In this document: in pieces, positions 1-9,974 of the stretch
Position numbering within the stretch: position 1 is the first letter of the stretch
Layout: the number at the start of each line of letters is the position of its first letter
Origin: Clostridia bacterium
GTDB taxonomy: Bacteria; Bacillota; Clostridia; UBA1212
Reading direction: 5' to 3'
Length of the DNA stretch: 64,000 bases
Assembly (NCBI GenBank): GCA_017461545.1
Contig: JAFTXP010000014.1
Span: forward strand, 8,394-72,393
The notes under the pieces: generated by a model
What the model was told of the DNA's origin: nothing
The model's input: the letters and a program-made list of their open reading frames with translations, nothing else
The model's database searches: none
Made by a program: the position numbers and the translations under genes

Positions 1-1538
1 GCAGTGATGGTGAATTCAGAAACTATTACGGTACAAATGATGTTACACTTACACTCTGGGAGTCTATTGCAAGACTTTTGTGGAGTCGTGAAGATCGTTT
101 AGGTACAGTTGTTACGCTTCCTTATACATTTAATAATATTTTTGTCAGTGATGACGGATATGTATATGCGACCACCACCGGTTCGGCAAATTCTCAGCTC
201 AGAAAGATAAATGCCGCAGGAAAAGACGTTCTTTATGCAGGTCATGATTTTTCTGATAAAGGTGTTACTTTAGGTGCCGGTTTGCAGACATTTATTGATG
301 TATCTGTTGATAAAGATAACAATATGTTTATTATCGATAGTGTTTACGGCCGTATTTATGAATATGATGCTGACGGTCGTCTGTTATTTGCTTTTGGTTC
401 AAACGGTGTAGGTAAAGGTCAGTTCTCATTGCCGTCATCTATTGCTGTTGCAGACGATGGTGATTTGCTTGTATTGGATAGCCAAAAGGGTACAATCAAT
501 GTATTTGCACCTACAAATTTTGCTGATTTAGTACATCAGGCGAACAGAAATTACTTTGCAGGTATTTATACTCAAAGTGAAAATCCTGATAATCCTTCCG
601 ATAACTCTTTTGATTTGTGGAATCAAGTTTTGAAAGAGGACAGTTTCTATAGACTTGCTCTTCAGTCAATGGGTAAGGTTCTTTGGAGAGAAGGAGATTA
701 TGACGGTGCAATTGAATATTATTATGATGCAGAAGACGCAGCTTTGGCATCTGAAGCTTACGAAGAACTCAGAGCAGAATTCCTGAAGGAAAATCTTTCT
801 AAGATTGCATCTGTACTCCTTGTTATTATAATTGCGATTTTTGTATTCTCCGCTGTAAAAAAGATTTACAGAAAAAAACATCCTGTTAATCCGAACAGTA
901 AAAATCCTATCGCAGTTACCGGTAGCTTTGTTAAGCGAATTTCAAGGGTTTCTATTCATCCGATTGACGGTTTCGAAGATATAAGATATGAGGGTAAAGG
1001 TTTTTACTCTGATGCGTTTATTATAATGGCTGTATATCTTGTCACAACATGTCTTTCCAAACTCTGTACGAGTTTTATATACCGCGGCGGTGTTTCAACA
1101 GAGTTTATTGAGTGGGGTTCTGTTATTTTGTGGTGTATCCTTCCTTGGGTTGTTGTCTCTGTTGTTAACTACGGAATTACAACAATAATGTACGGTGAAG
1201 GTCGTTTCAGAGATGTTATTATCGGCGGTGCATATTGCCATTTGCCTTTGATATTCATTTCTCTTCCGTTGGCGATTATTTCAAATGCACTTACTTTGAA
1301 TGAACAGTCGCTTTATTCTCTTGCGGGATTATTATCGTATGCGTGGGTTGTTATTCTTGTGTTCTTCTGTATAAAAGGAGTACACGGATTTAATCCTCTG
1401 AAAGCTTTACTTGTTTTCGTACTTACTGCCCTTGGTGTTGTTGCTGTAGTATTCCTTTACTTGATTGTTTACGGACTTGCGCAGCAATTCATTGAGTTTA
1501 TTATTCAGTTTGTAAAGGAGTTGAGTTACCTTGTCTAA
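1..1538 (+). CDS. NHL-repeat beta-propeller / Yip1-like multi-pass membrane fusion protein (5' partial)
   Basis: The frame is open from nt 3 to the listed start at 78, so the gene continues upstream of the window. The N-terminal half has NHL-type repeats (GRIYEYDADGRLLFAFGSNGVGKGQFSLPSSIAVADDGDLLVLD). The C-terminal ~230 aa is hydrophobic with several TM helices, as in Yip1-domain proteins. Confidence 0.6.
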   Translation, partial: SDGEFRNYYGTNDVTLTLWESIARLLWSREDRLGTVVTLPYTFNNIFVSDDGYVYATTTGSANSQLRKINAAGKDVLYAGHDFSDKGVTLGAGLQTFIDVSVDKDNNMFIIDSVYGRIYEYDADGRLLFAFGSNGVGKGQFSLPSSIAVADDGDLLVLDSQKGTINVFAPTNFADLVHQANRNYFAGIYTQSENPDNPSDNSFDLWNQVLKEDSFYRLALQSMGKVLWREGDYDGAIEYYYDAEDAALASEAYEELRAEFLKENLSKIASVLLVIIIAIFVFSAVKKIYRKKHPVNPNSKNPIAVTGSFVKRISRVSIHPIDGFEDIRYEGKGFYSDAFIIMAVYLVTTCLSKLCTSFIYRGGVSTEFIEWGSVILWCILPWVVVSVVNYGITTIMYGEGRFRDVIIGGAYCHLPLIFISLPLAIISNALTLNEQSLYSLAGLLSYAWVVILVFFCIKGVHGFNPLKALLVFVLTALGVVAVVFLYLIVYGLAQQFIEFIIQFVKELSYLV

Positions 1539-4143
1539 GAAAAAGAAGAAATCTCCTGAAAGCGAAAATATCGAAGTAAATGAGAGTGTTAACAATTCAG
1601 TTGAAGAGTCTGCTGTTAAAGAGGAATCTATTGTTGAATCTGCCGAATCCGATGTGACTGTTGCTGATGTTTCTGCAAAAGCAATTATGCCTACAAAGGG
1701 GTTACATATTGATGAAGAAGAAAAAGAAGCTTATCTTGAACAGCTCAGAAAAAGCAAAAAAAGAAAAAAGATAATAGCTACTGTAGTTTCTGTTGTTGTT
1801 GTCTTGATTGTAGCTTTTGTCATATACAAGATTGCTTTCAGCGGCAATGATAATGATGTTAAATTTTCTGATGAATACCTTACTAAATCTGAACCGCAGA
1901 CTTCTTTAGGTTTATTAGGTGATTCTGATAGTGTTTGTACTGTAGGGGAATACAGTCTTTCATATATTCAGACGATGGATGCAATGGAAATTAAAAAAGG
2001 TAACAAACTCGTATTTAGAAGTTATCCTCGTCCGGCAGGTGATGAAACTCTAGATGGTTTTAATTATCTTGCAAATCATGATTTAATTTCCAGTCCCGTT
2101 ATTGTAGGATATACAAAATCCGGTATTGAGGGCGGTCTTTCATTGGGTATTAATCAGATGAATCATACGAAGACGCTTAATAAGATTCAAAACGGTTTGC
2201 AGATTGTTTATTATCTTACTGATTTAGAGTGTGAATTTTGCATTGAATTTGTATTGACCGATAAAGGTTCCCTGGAAGTTACAGTTCCTGCAAATGGAAT
2301 TAAGGAAAAAATTCCCGGAGAAGATGATGATCCGAGCAGAATGCCAAGACTTGCATCATTAACAGTTTTACCGTTTATGTGTGCAGCAAGACAGGATGAC
2401 AGCGGTTATTTTGTGACTCCTGACGGTTCCGGTGCGCTCACTTATTTTGATACTTCTCGTGTTTTTTCAAATGAGGAATATTCGAAGCGAGTTTATGGTT
2501 ATGATGATACTTTTGATACATTTGTATCTCCTGATTATAATAATGAGGATATTTCGATACCTGCGTTTGGCAGTGTTCAGAATGTCAGAAATGCAAATGG
2601 AACAGTTGATCATAAAATGTACACTGCATTTGCAACTGTAGGAGAAGCTTCTGCACAGATTATAATGGGTGATCCCGGTGTCAGAAGTCTGAATTTCTAC
2701 TATATTGCATATAAATTTAATCTTCGTGAATACTATTATGATACTATTTCAAAGAGCGGTGATTCATACAAATTCCTCGAAGAAAAACTTAATGTCGGCG
2801 ATATGAAGGAGACTATCTGTTTCGATATCTCTACTGAAAAAGGTGTTCCCGAAGATGGTGATATTTCTGAAGGCAGCTATACCTATGTTGACGTTGCTTT
2901 AAAGACAAAGGAATTTATTAAAGAAAAGTGGGGTATTGAAAAAGCAGTTGATACTGCGTCAAACCAGAACCTTGTTAATCTTAAATTCTTAATGGGCTCT
3001 GAAAATATCCAGAGTACTTCGCTTTTCGGTCAGGTTAAAGTAATGACAACATTTTCAGATGTTCGTAATATTTATGAAGATCTGAGCCAAAACGGTGTAA
3101 ACAATGTCAGATTATCTTTGCTTGGTTGGCAGGAAGATGGATATTATGGAAATGTCACTGACAAATATGGCATTGAAAGTGATTTCGGCGGAAAATCCGG
3201 TCTTGAAGATTTGTTGACATGGGCTGATAAAAATGGTGTTACAGTATCTGCTGATAACAATTTGTTGCAGTTGTATTCTGCACCGACGTTTGGAAATACA
3301 CTCAGAAATACTGTTGTAAAAGAACCCGGAACAAATTATGTTATGTTTAAGATTGCCAATTCCGCAGGTGTTTATACACCAGGAACCCAGTTCTACTATA
3401 TGAGTCCTCTGTACTTTGATGAGAACTTCTTAGCTGAAGATATCGAAGAGATCAAAGAACTTGGATTTAAAAATGTAGATTTGCAGCAGGTAGGTAATAT
3501 TCTTTATACTGACTACAATTCTAAGAATGCTCTTCTTAGACAGCAAGGATTAAATTATTACCAGAAATGGATTAACGAGTACCAGAAATCATTTAATGAA
3601 GTTTCAGTTTACTATGGTTTTGATTATGCTGTAAAAGATGCTGATATCTTGTTGGATGTTCCGATTGAATCATCAAATCTTTTCCTTATTGATGAAGCTG
3701 TTCCTTTTATGCAGATTGTTTATCATGGAATGATTGATTATTACTGTGAACCTATCAACAGATATGACCATCCTGATGTAGCTTTCCTTAAGGCTATTGA
3801 ATTTGGTTGTCTCTTGTCTTATGAAGTAACACAGGAGAACACAGAAGAATTAAAATATACTTTGTATAATGATTTGTTTAAGTCTGAATATGCATTACTC
3901 AAAGATGATATTGTGGAAGCATATAATGTAGCTTCTGAAGTTTTAAGTAATGTCAGAACTGCTTCTATAATAAATCACTATTGTGTTGATGCAGGCGAGT
4001 CTGATGTAAATAAACACAACGGAAACGTTTACTGTACAGAATATGATAATGGTTATAAAGTATATGTAAACTATGGCGATTCAGATTATACTGTTTCCGA
4101 CGGTGTAACAATTGCTTCTATGGATTATTTATTGGTTAAGTGA
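1531..4143 (+). CDS. Large membrane-anchored extracytoplasmic protein of unknown function (DUF5696-like, from memory)
   Basis: 870-aa ORF. TTG start lies 10 nt after AGGAG and overlaps the stop of the previous gene. It has an acidic N-terminal tail, one TM helix (IIATVVSVVVVLIVAFVIYKIAF) and a ~770-aa outside domain. No catalytic motif recognised. Confidence 0.5.
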   Translation: MSKKKKKSPESENIEVNESVNNSVEESAVKEESIVESAESDVTVADVSAKAIMPTKGLHIDEEEKEAYLEQLRKSKKRKKIIATVVSVVVVLIVAFVIYKIAFSGNDNDVKFSDEYLTKSEPQTSLGLLGDSDSVCTVGEYSLSYIQTMDAMEIKKGNKLVFRSYPRPAGDETLDGFNYLANHDLISSPVIVGYTKSGIEGGLSLGINQMNHTKTLNKIQNGLQIVYYLTDLECEFCIEFVLTDKGSLEVTVPANGIKEKIPGEDDDPSRMPRLASLTVLPFMCAARQDDSGYFVTPDGSGALTYFDTSRVFSNEEYSKRVYGYDDTFDTFVSPDYNNEDISIPAFGSVQNVRNANGTVDHKMYTAFATVGEASAQIIMGDPGVRSLNFYYIAYKFNLREYYYDTISKSGDSYKFLEEKLNVGDMKETICFDISTEKGVPEDGDISEGSYTYVDVALKTKEFIKEKWGIEKAVDTASNQNLVNLKFLMGSENIQSTSLFGQVKVMTTFSDVRNIYEDLSQNGVNNVRLSLLGWQEDGYYGNVTDKYGIESDFGGKSGLEDLLTWADKNGVTVSADNNLLQLYSAPTFGNTLRNTVVKEPGTNYVMFKIANSAGVYTPGTQFYYMSPLYFDENFLAEDIEEIKELGFKNVDLQQVGNILYTDYNSKNALLRQQGLNYYQKWINEYQKSFNEVSVYYGFDYAVKDADILLDVPIESSNLFLIDEAVPFMQIVYHGMIDYYCEPINRYDHPDVAFLKAIEFGCLLSYEVTQENTEELKYTLYNDLFKSEYALLKDDIVEAYNVASEVLSNVRTASIINHYCVDAGESDVNKHNGNVYCTEYDNGYKVYVNYGDSDYTVSDGVTIASMDYLLVK

Positions 4144-4158
4144 GAGGAGGTAATTTGA

Positions 4159-5031
4159 TTGGCTAAAACAGTTAAACAAAAAAAGAAACTTGCTCATTCA
4201 CAAAAAATTGCATTTATGTCTTTCGAAAGAAGACGTAATTTTGAGGGCGGACTGTTTGCGATACCATGGCTGTTTGGATTTATTTGCTTCGTTTGTATTC
4301 CTCTCGTGCTTTCAGTAAGTGTAAGTTTTTATGAACCTGTCTTAACAGATTTATATAGTTTTAATAAACCTGTTGGTTTTGATAACTATGTTGATGTTAT
4401 TCAGGATCCTGAATATGGTGAGGTTGTATTCTCATCATTCGGTACATCGCTTGCAAAAGTTCCGATTATTGTGGCCTTTGCATTATTTGTAGCTGTATTA
4501 CTCAAACAGGAGTTTCCCGGTAGAACAGTTTTCCGTGTAATATTCTTTATACCTGTTATTCTTGCCGGAGTTATTATGACATATCTTATGGCCGACGGCG
4601 TAGGAACTCTCAGTGTTTTCAGCAATATTGTCGCTACCTCAGAATACGGAAGTTTTCTATCAGGTTCTTTGATGTCGTCAATCGGTACGACAATGTGGGC
4701 GAGTAGCGTAGAAATACTAATATTCCTTGCTGCACTTCAGAGTGTTCCGGCAATCCTCTATGAGGTTGTTGAACTTGACGGTGCGTCTGCTTGGGAGAGT
4801 TTTTGGCATGTAACACTTCCGTACATATCACCTTTTGTAATATTGAACTGCATTTATGCATTGGTTGACTCCTTTGTCGACAGTCAGAATCCTGTTATGA
4901 AGATTCTTAACGAACTTACACAGGAAGGTACAAAATACGGTATGGCATCAGCACTCAGCTGGATTTATATGTTGATGACTCTTGCAGTGATTCTTATCTT
5001 CGTTCTTCTTACAAGGAGGTGGTTACGATGA
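4159..5031 (+). CDS. Carbohydrate ABC transporter permease (CUT1 family, MalF/UgpA-like)
   Basis: 290 aa with 6 TM segments and an EAA-like loop (LYEVVELDGASAWESFWHVTLPYI). GAGGAGG lies upstream of the TTG start. Confidence 0.8.
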   Translation: MAKTVKQKKKLAHSQKIAFMSFERRRNFEGGLFAIPWLFGFICFVCIPLVLSVSVSFYEPVLTDLYSFNKPVGFDNYVDVIQDPEYGEVVFSSFGTSLAKVPIIVAFALFVAVLLKQEFPGRTVFRVIFFIPVILAGVIMTYLMADGVGTLSVFSNIVATSEYGSFLSGSLMSSIGTTMWASSVEILIFLAALQSVPAILYEVVELDGASAWESFWHVTLPYISPFVILNCIYALVDSFVDSQNPVMKILNELTQEGTKYGMASALSWIYMLMTLAVILIFVLLTRRWLR

Positions 5032-6029
5032 GTGAAGTAACAGCAACTGTAGAAAATACATCAGAAGTTGAAAAAAAGACTTCATTCTCAATTCCCGGAC
5101 TTATAAAGAAGTATGAGAATCTTGGATATAAAGCAAAAAAGAAGATTAATTTTGTTATTTCAAGAATTTTCTTATATTTTGTTTTAATCGAGATGGCTTA
5201 TTTGTTCATATTGCCGTTCATTTATATCTTTTCAACTGCATTTATGACATCAAATGACTATCTTGATCCGACTGTACAGTGGATTCCTACTACAATTGAG
5301 TGGTCGAACTTTTCAAAAGCATTTGTTGCTTTGAATTATATAAATTCATTTATTCAGTCAGCCGGAACATCTATTTTGAGTGCCGTTTTCCAGACGTTGT
5401 CTTGTGCAATAATAGGATATTCACTCGGTAGATTTAAATATAAAGGAAGAAATCTGATATTCTTCTTTGTTGTACTTGTGTTGCTTATTCCTCCGCAGAC
5501 TACAATTCTTTCTTCATACGGTATGTGGTCACAGTTAGGAATGATTAATACTTGGGCTCCGATTGTTTTGCCGTGTATTTTCGGTCTCGGATACAGAGGT
5601 GCGTTATTTGTACTTATATATATGTACTTCTTCCAGCGTATTCCTGATGTTCTTGATGATGCGGCTCGTATCGACGGTGCAGGTCCGATAAGATTATTTA
5701 TTCAGATTATGTTGCCTTTGGTTAAATCTGCCATTGCAATTGTTTGTATATTCTCATTCGTATGGCATTGGAATGACAACTATGAAACTCCTACCTATAT
5801 GTTCCGCGAGGATATTATGACTTTGCAGCCTAAGCTTGAAAAAATCAGAACATTCTACTCAGAATATGTTACTGCCGGTGATGCAGGTGCTACGGTTTTT
5901 GATAAGGCTATGTCAGAACCTATGTTGTTTGCCGGTTGTCTAATGGTAATGATTCCTGTTTTGCTTGTTTATATCTTAGGTCAGAAACAGCTCACTCAGG
6001 GTATTGAGCGTATGGGTATCATAGAATAA
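5028..6029 (+). CDS. Carbohydrate ABC transporter permease (CUT1 family, MalG/UgpE-like)
   Basis: EAA motif DDAARIDGAGPIRLFIQIMLPL. ATG at 5028 follows AAGGAGG and forms an ATGA overlap with the upstream stop. The track ORF begins at GTG 5019. Confidence 0.85.
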   Translation: MSEVTATVENTSEVEKKTSFSIPGLIKKYENLGYKAKKKINFVISRIFLYFVLIEMAYLFILPFIYIFSTAFMTSNDYLDPTVQWIPTTIEWSNFSKAFVALNYINSFIQSAGTSILSAVFQTLSCAIIGYSLGRFKYKGRNLIFFFVVLVLLIPPQTTILSSYGMWSQLGMINTWAPIVLPCIFGLGYRGALFVLIYMYFFQRIPDVLDDAARIDGAGPIRLFIQIMLPLVKSAIAIVCIFSFVWHWNDNYETPTYMFREDIMTLQPKLEKIRTFYSEYVTAGDAGATVFDKAMSEPMLFAGCLMVMIPVLLVYILGQKQLTQGIERMGIIE

Positions 6030-6048
6030 CGGAGGCTTTGAAATTATT

Positions 6049-7557
6049 ATGAAAAAGAAATTTTTAAAAATATTCTCAACAGCGATATCATTGTTACTTA
6101 TCATGGCGATGATTGCAGGTTGTTCCTCCGAAGGCTCGGATAAAAAGACTCAGGTATTAACTGAGGCAAAACCTGAACCGGAAAATTTAGTTGGCCAGAT
6201 AACATTCTCAGGATATATAACAGATGCCAATGATGAGCATTTGGAAGAATATATTCAAGCTTTTAATTCACAATACAATAATGTTGAAGTTTCCGTAATT
6301 CATGATGAATTTATGGATTCATACTTTGATGATTTGGATAACAAAATTGAAAACGGAACTATCGGTGATGTTTTCATTATTGATGATGAACGTTTGGCAA
6401 AGTATGCTGCTGAAGGTAAAATTTTAGATTTATCACCGTATGTTGAAGAGTATATTGATTTTGATACATACGAAAAGATTAATCCTTCGGAAGAGTGGTA
6501 TAAGGCTGCTTATGAATCATCATTATATGACGGTAAGCTTTACATGGGTGCAACTGAATATTATCATAATTTTATATTTGTCAACTATTCTTTGTTGGAA
6601 GAAGCAGGACTGTCGGTTCCGGGAGATAATTGGACCTGGACTGAATTGAAGTCAGATGCTGAGATAATAAAAGAAACGTCAAATATTGATACACCTATTG
6701 TTATGGATTATACCGACTATGATATATGGGGTGCATTCGCAAGAAGTTGCGGTGTTGAAATTTATGATAATATCGGTACAACTGATGTAAAAGGAATGAA
6801 TTTGACACATCCTGATGTTATTGACGGTTTTGAATATTTAGCTGACGAAATAGTAAATTCAGGTCTTGTTCTTAAGAGTTCAGCCGATTCTATAAATGCA
6901 GAGGATCTTTCAAAATATGCTTTCATTGTTGCAGATCATACAAATCTTGTTCAATGGAGTGAATATTTAACATCTGATAAGTGTGATTTTGAATGGGATT
7001 ATATGCATTTTCCGAAATGGGAAGGCGAAGAAAGAACAGAGGTTGTTACTGAAGCAAACCAGACTGCTACTGAGCCTGCCGGTACAACACGTGTTATAAA
7101 GGACTATTATCAAAGCATAGGAGCTACTACATATGGTTTGGCAGTATATGTTCATGATGATGACGAACATACACAGGAACATTATGATATGTGTGCTCAG
7201 TTTGCATTATACGGTCTTGTAGATAACGGTTCTGAAAGTTATGTAGGAGACGGTGAGATCGTTCCTGCAAACAAGGACATTGCGGAGAAACGTTTTTGGC
7301 GTGATTATCCTGTGAGCGGAAAGAACTCTTCTGTATTTACGCATTATGCTGATCATATAGCCTTAGTCGGGGAAACCGAAGAAGCGGCAGCAGCTTCAAA
7401 AATTGCTGACTTTTCTGCCGTATTGACCTCATTTATGTCTATAGAGGCAGCTGAACAGATTGATGTGGAAAAAATCTTAAATGACTATTTAAAGAAAAAC
7501 ATTCCGTTTGAAGAGTCGTTACAAGATGTACAAGATAATATAAATAAAAATTGGTAA
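6049..7557 (+). CDS. Extracellular solute-binding lipoprotein of the ABC transporter
   Basis: Signal peptide with lipobox LIMAMIAGCSS. 502 aa with sugar-binding-protein-like composition. Lies directly downstream of the two permeases. Confidence 0.75.
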   Translation: MKKKFLKIFSTAISLLLIMAMIAGCSSEGSDKKTQVLTEAKPEPENLVGQITFSGYITDANDEHLEEYIQAFNSQYNNVEVSVIHDEFMDSYFDDLDNKIENGTIGDVFIIDDERLAKYAAEGKILDLSPYVEEYIDFDTYEKINPSEEWYKAAYESSLYDGKLYMGATEYYHNFIFVNYSLLEEAGLSVPGDNWTWTELKSDAEIIKETSNIDTPIVMDYTDYDIWGAFARSCGVEIYDNIGTTDVKGMNLTHPDVIDGFEYLADEIVNSGLVLKSSADSINAEDLSKYAFIVADHTNLVQWSEYLTSDKCDFEWDYMHFPKWEGEERTEVVTEANQTATEPAGTTRVIKDYYQSIGATTYGLAVYVHDDDEHTQEHYDMCAQFALYGLVDNGSESYVGDGEIVPANKDIAEKRFWRDYPVSGKNSSVFTHYADHIALVGETEEAAAASKIADFSAVLTSFMSIEAAEQIDVEKILNDYLKKNIPFEESLQDVQDNINKNW

Positions 7558-7570
7558 AATACTTTTTCAT

Positions 7571-7608
7571 GAAGCCGGTGTAATTCGGATTACACCGGCT
7601 TCTTTTTT
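7571..7608 (+). terminator. Rho-independent terminator after the binding-protein gene
   Basis: 14-bp stem GAAGCCGGTGTAAT / ATTACACCGGCTTC, loop TCGG, followed by TTTTTT. Confidence 0.8.
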
Positions 7609-8566
7609 ATAATGATATAAAAAAGAGCGAAGTAAGAAATACTAAAACCATATTAAATATTTTTCCCGCAAAATAATATTTTGTCTCAATTCCGGCCTTT
7701 GAATAAAAGCTTATTATCTGCATATGTATTGAAATTCCGGACCATCCACATATTAAACTTATTACAGGTAAAAGAAGTTTTGATTTTTTTATGATTGGTA
7801 TAATGCTTGACAAACCACCTGTAATTTCAAAAAAGCATTTGATTGACGAGTTAAAAACATCAGTAAAATCGTCCAATTTAAAAAGATTTACTATTGGTAC
7901 AATTATATTTGATGAAATTATTGCCTCTGAAAATGAAGCAAAAAAAACAATTGTTGCTGTTATCGGAATCATTGTAAAAAAAGCACCTGTAATAGAGTCA
8001 GAGATAGAAGATAACGTTACACTTGACTTTATATTGTGCTTTAAGTCATCTTTTTTTATAAAGTTTATCTTATTTAGTTTTATAAATCTGTTTAGTATCA
8101 GTCCAGTTAACAATGACGATAGAATTTGTAAAATAAAAAGTTTAATTCCTAAATTTACTGAATTTAAAAATCCGTATCCAATAGTTCCTATAACAAATAA
8201 AGGACCCGGATTATTTGTAAAAACAGAAAGTCTTATTGCATCTTCATATGAAATTTTTTTATTAGCATATAAATCTGACGTAATTTTTGCGGCTCCGGGA
8301 AATCCGCATAAATAACCGATTAATATAACAGAAACTGCATTTCCGGAAATATTAAAAAGTTTTTTTGACAATTTATCTAATTTATTTCCGACTAGATAAA
8401 AAAAATCAGTTTTATTTAACATCTCTGTTATTACTAAAAATGGGTATATTGACGGAATTACAACAGTTATACATTGTATCAGTGAGTCAGCCGCTGCCGG
8501 AATGCAGCTGGCAGAGTATGCAATAAAAACAAAAATGAATGCAAAACATAATATTATAAAAAGCAA
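7607..8566 (-). CDS. ylbJ: YlbJ-like sporulation integral membrane protein (nucleoside-recognition/Gate domain)
   Basis: Multi-TM protein with GFPGAAKITSDLY and RLSVFTNNPGPLFVIG, matching the pattern I recall for B. subtilis YlbJ. It is shorter (319 aa) than typical YlbJ. Confidence 0.6.
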   Translation of the reverse strand: MLFIILCFAFIFVFIAYSASCIPAAADSLIQCITVVIPSIYPFLVITEMLNKTDFFYLVGNKLDKLSKKLFNISGNAVSVILIGYLCGFPGAAKITSDLYANKKISYEDAIRLSVFTNNPGPLFVIGTIGYGFLNSVNLGIKLFILQILSSLLTGLILNRFIKLNKINFIKKDDLKHNIKSSVTLSSISDSITGAFFTMIPITATIVFFASFSEAIISSNIIVPIVNLFKLDDFTDVFNSSIKCFFEITGGLSSIIPIIKKSKLLLPVISLICGWSGISIHMQIISFYSKAGIETKYYFAGKIFNMVLVFLTSLFFISL

Positions 8567-8671
8567 AATAATTCTCCGCGATTTTTTTATTAGTATATTA
8601 CTTTGTTGGACAAATAATTACTGCCGTGGTAAAATTAGAAAGATTATAAAATTGAAAGGATATTATAAGAT

Positions 8672-9622
8672 ATGCCGATTAAAATTCCGAATAATCTTCC
8701 TGCAAGTGAAATTTTAAGAAAAGAAAATATATTTGTTATGAATGAAAACATGGCTTTTCATCAGGATATAAGACCGCTCAAGATTCTTATTATGAATCTT
8801 ATGCCGACAAAAATTGTTACTGAGACCCAGCTGCTACGATTATTAAGTAATACGCCGCTTCAGATAGAAATAACATTTTTGCATCCTGCAACACATGTTT
8901 CTAAAAATACTCCGCAGAGTCATATGTCTGAGTTTTACAGAACATTTGATGAAATAAAAAATAAAAAATTTGACGGATTTATCATAACAGGCGCGCCAGT
9001 AGAATTGATTGAATTTGAAGAAGTAGAGTACTGGGACGAATTATGCGAAGTTATGGAATGGTCAAAAAATAACGTTACAACGACTCTTCACATCTGCTGG
9101 GGTGCTCAGGCCGGACTGTATTATCATTACGGTGTAAAGAAAAAGCCGCTTTCAAAAAAGCTGTGCGGTGTTTTTAAACATGTTCCGTGTAAAAAATCTG
9201 TCAGACTTCTCAGAGGTTTTGATGATGTGTTTTATATACCTCATTCCAGATATACAACAAATGATATTTCTGATATAGAGAATAATATTGATTTAGATAT
9301 TCTGGCTGTTTCCGAACAAGCCGGAATGGCAATTTGCGCATCACACAACAGAAGACAGATATTTATTACCGGTCATCTTGAGTATGACAGAGATACATTA
9401 AAATTAGAATATGAAAGAGATGTGCTAAAGGGGCTTGAGCCGGACATACCTTTTAATTATTTCCCGGGTGATGATCCGAATAACATCCCGTATCAGCAAT
9501 GGAGAAGCCATGCGTACTTATTATTTGAAAACTGGTTGAATTATTATGTATATCAGGCAACTCCGTTTGATATAGAAAATATAGATTCGTCATTCAGACC
9601 TGTAAGAAAAGGCGAGTCGTGA
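8672..9622 (+). CDS. metA: Homoserine O-acyltransferase (MetA family)
   Basis: [11 protein letters not shown]...[16 protein letters not shown]-terminus. Active-site context LHICWGAQA and ITGHLEYD. Confidence 0.9.
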   Translation: MPIKIPNNLPASEILRKENIFVMNENMAFHQDIRPLKILIMNLMPTKIVTETQLLRLLSNTPLQIEITFLHPATHVSKNTPQSHMSEFYRTFDEIKNKKFDGFIITGAPVELIEFEEVEYWDELCEVMEWSKNNVTTTLHICWGAQAGLYYHYGVKKKPLSKKLCGVFKHVPCKKSVRLLRGFDDVFYIPHSRYTTNDISDIENNIDLDILAVSEQAGMAICASHNRRQIFITGHLEYDRDTLKLEYERDVLKGLEPDIPFNYFPGDDPNNIPYQQWRSHAYLLFENWLNYYVYQATPFDIENIDSSFRPVRKGES

Positions 9623-9883
9623 TAATATTACCGACAGAATATATCCGACAAAACCAATAAAAAATACAGCTGAGTCGAATTTCAAAAAGTGAGAGAAAGT
9701 ACCTAAAAAAATATTTGATAAAAGTTCATTACCGGTTATCAGAATATACCAGTCATAATTTCTCGGTAAGATAAAAAATAAAACAGCAAAAATTACAGCT
9801 GATAACATATAAATAATTGATGTTGTCAGCAAAATATATTGAACAATTTTCAGTATATAAAAAATCAATTTTTTTATGCTCAT
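9590..9883 (-). CDS. Small hydrophobic membrane protein, hypothetical
   Basis: 97-aa ORF with three hydrophobic helices. Its 3' end overlaps the metA 3' end convergently by 33 nt. No recognisable family. Confidence 0.35.
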   Translation of the reverse strand: MSIKKLIFYILKIVQYILLTTSIIYMLSAVIFAVLFFILPRNYDWYILITGNELLSNIFLGTFSHFLKFDSAVFFIGFVGYILSVILSRLAFSYRSE

Positions 9884-9974
9884 TTATTTTGTCTATTGTT
9901 TACCTTATTTTATTATTGTATAATCGTAATGATAAACTATCAGTTAAATTAAATCAATGGTAATAGGTGTCGTT

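Noticed and set aside
8567-8671. Looked for an S-box (SAM) riboswitch or Met T-box upstream of metA
   Set aside because: The intergenic region is only ~105 nt. It contains a plausible sigma-A promoter (TTGGAC...TAAAAT) but none of the conserved S-box or T-box elements, and it is too short for either.
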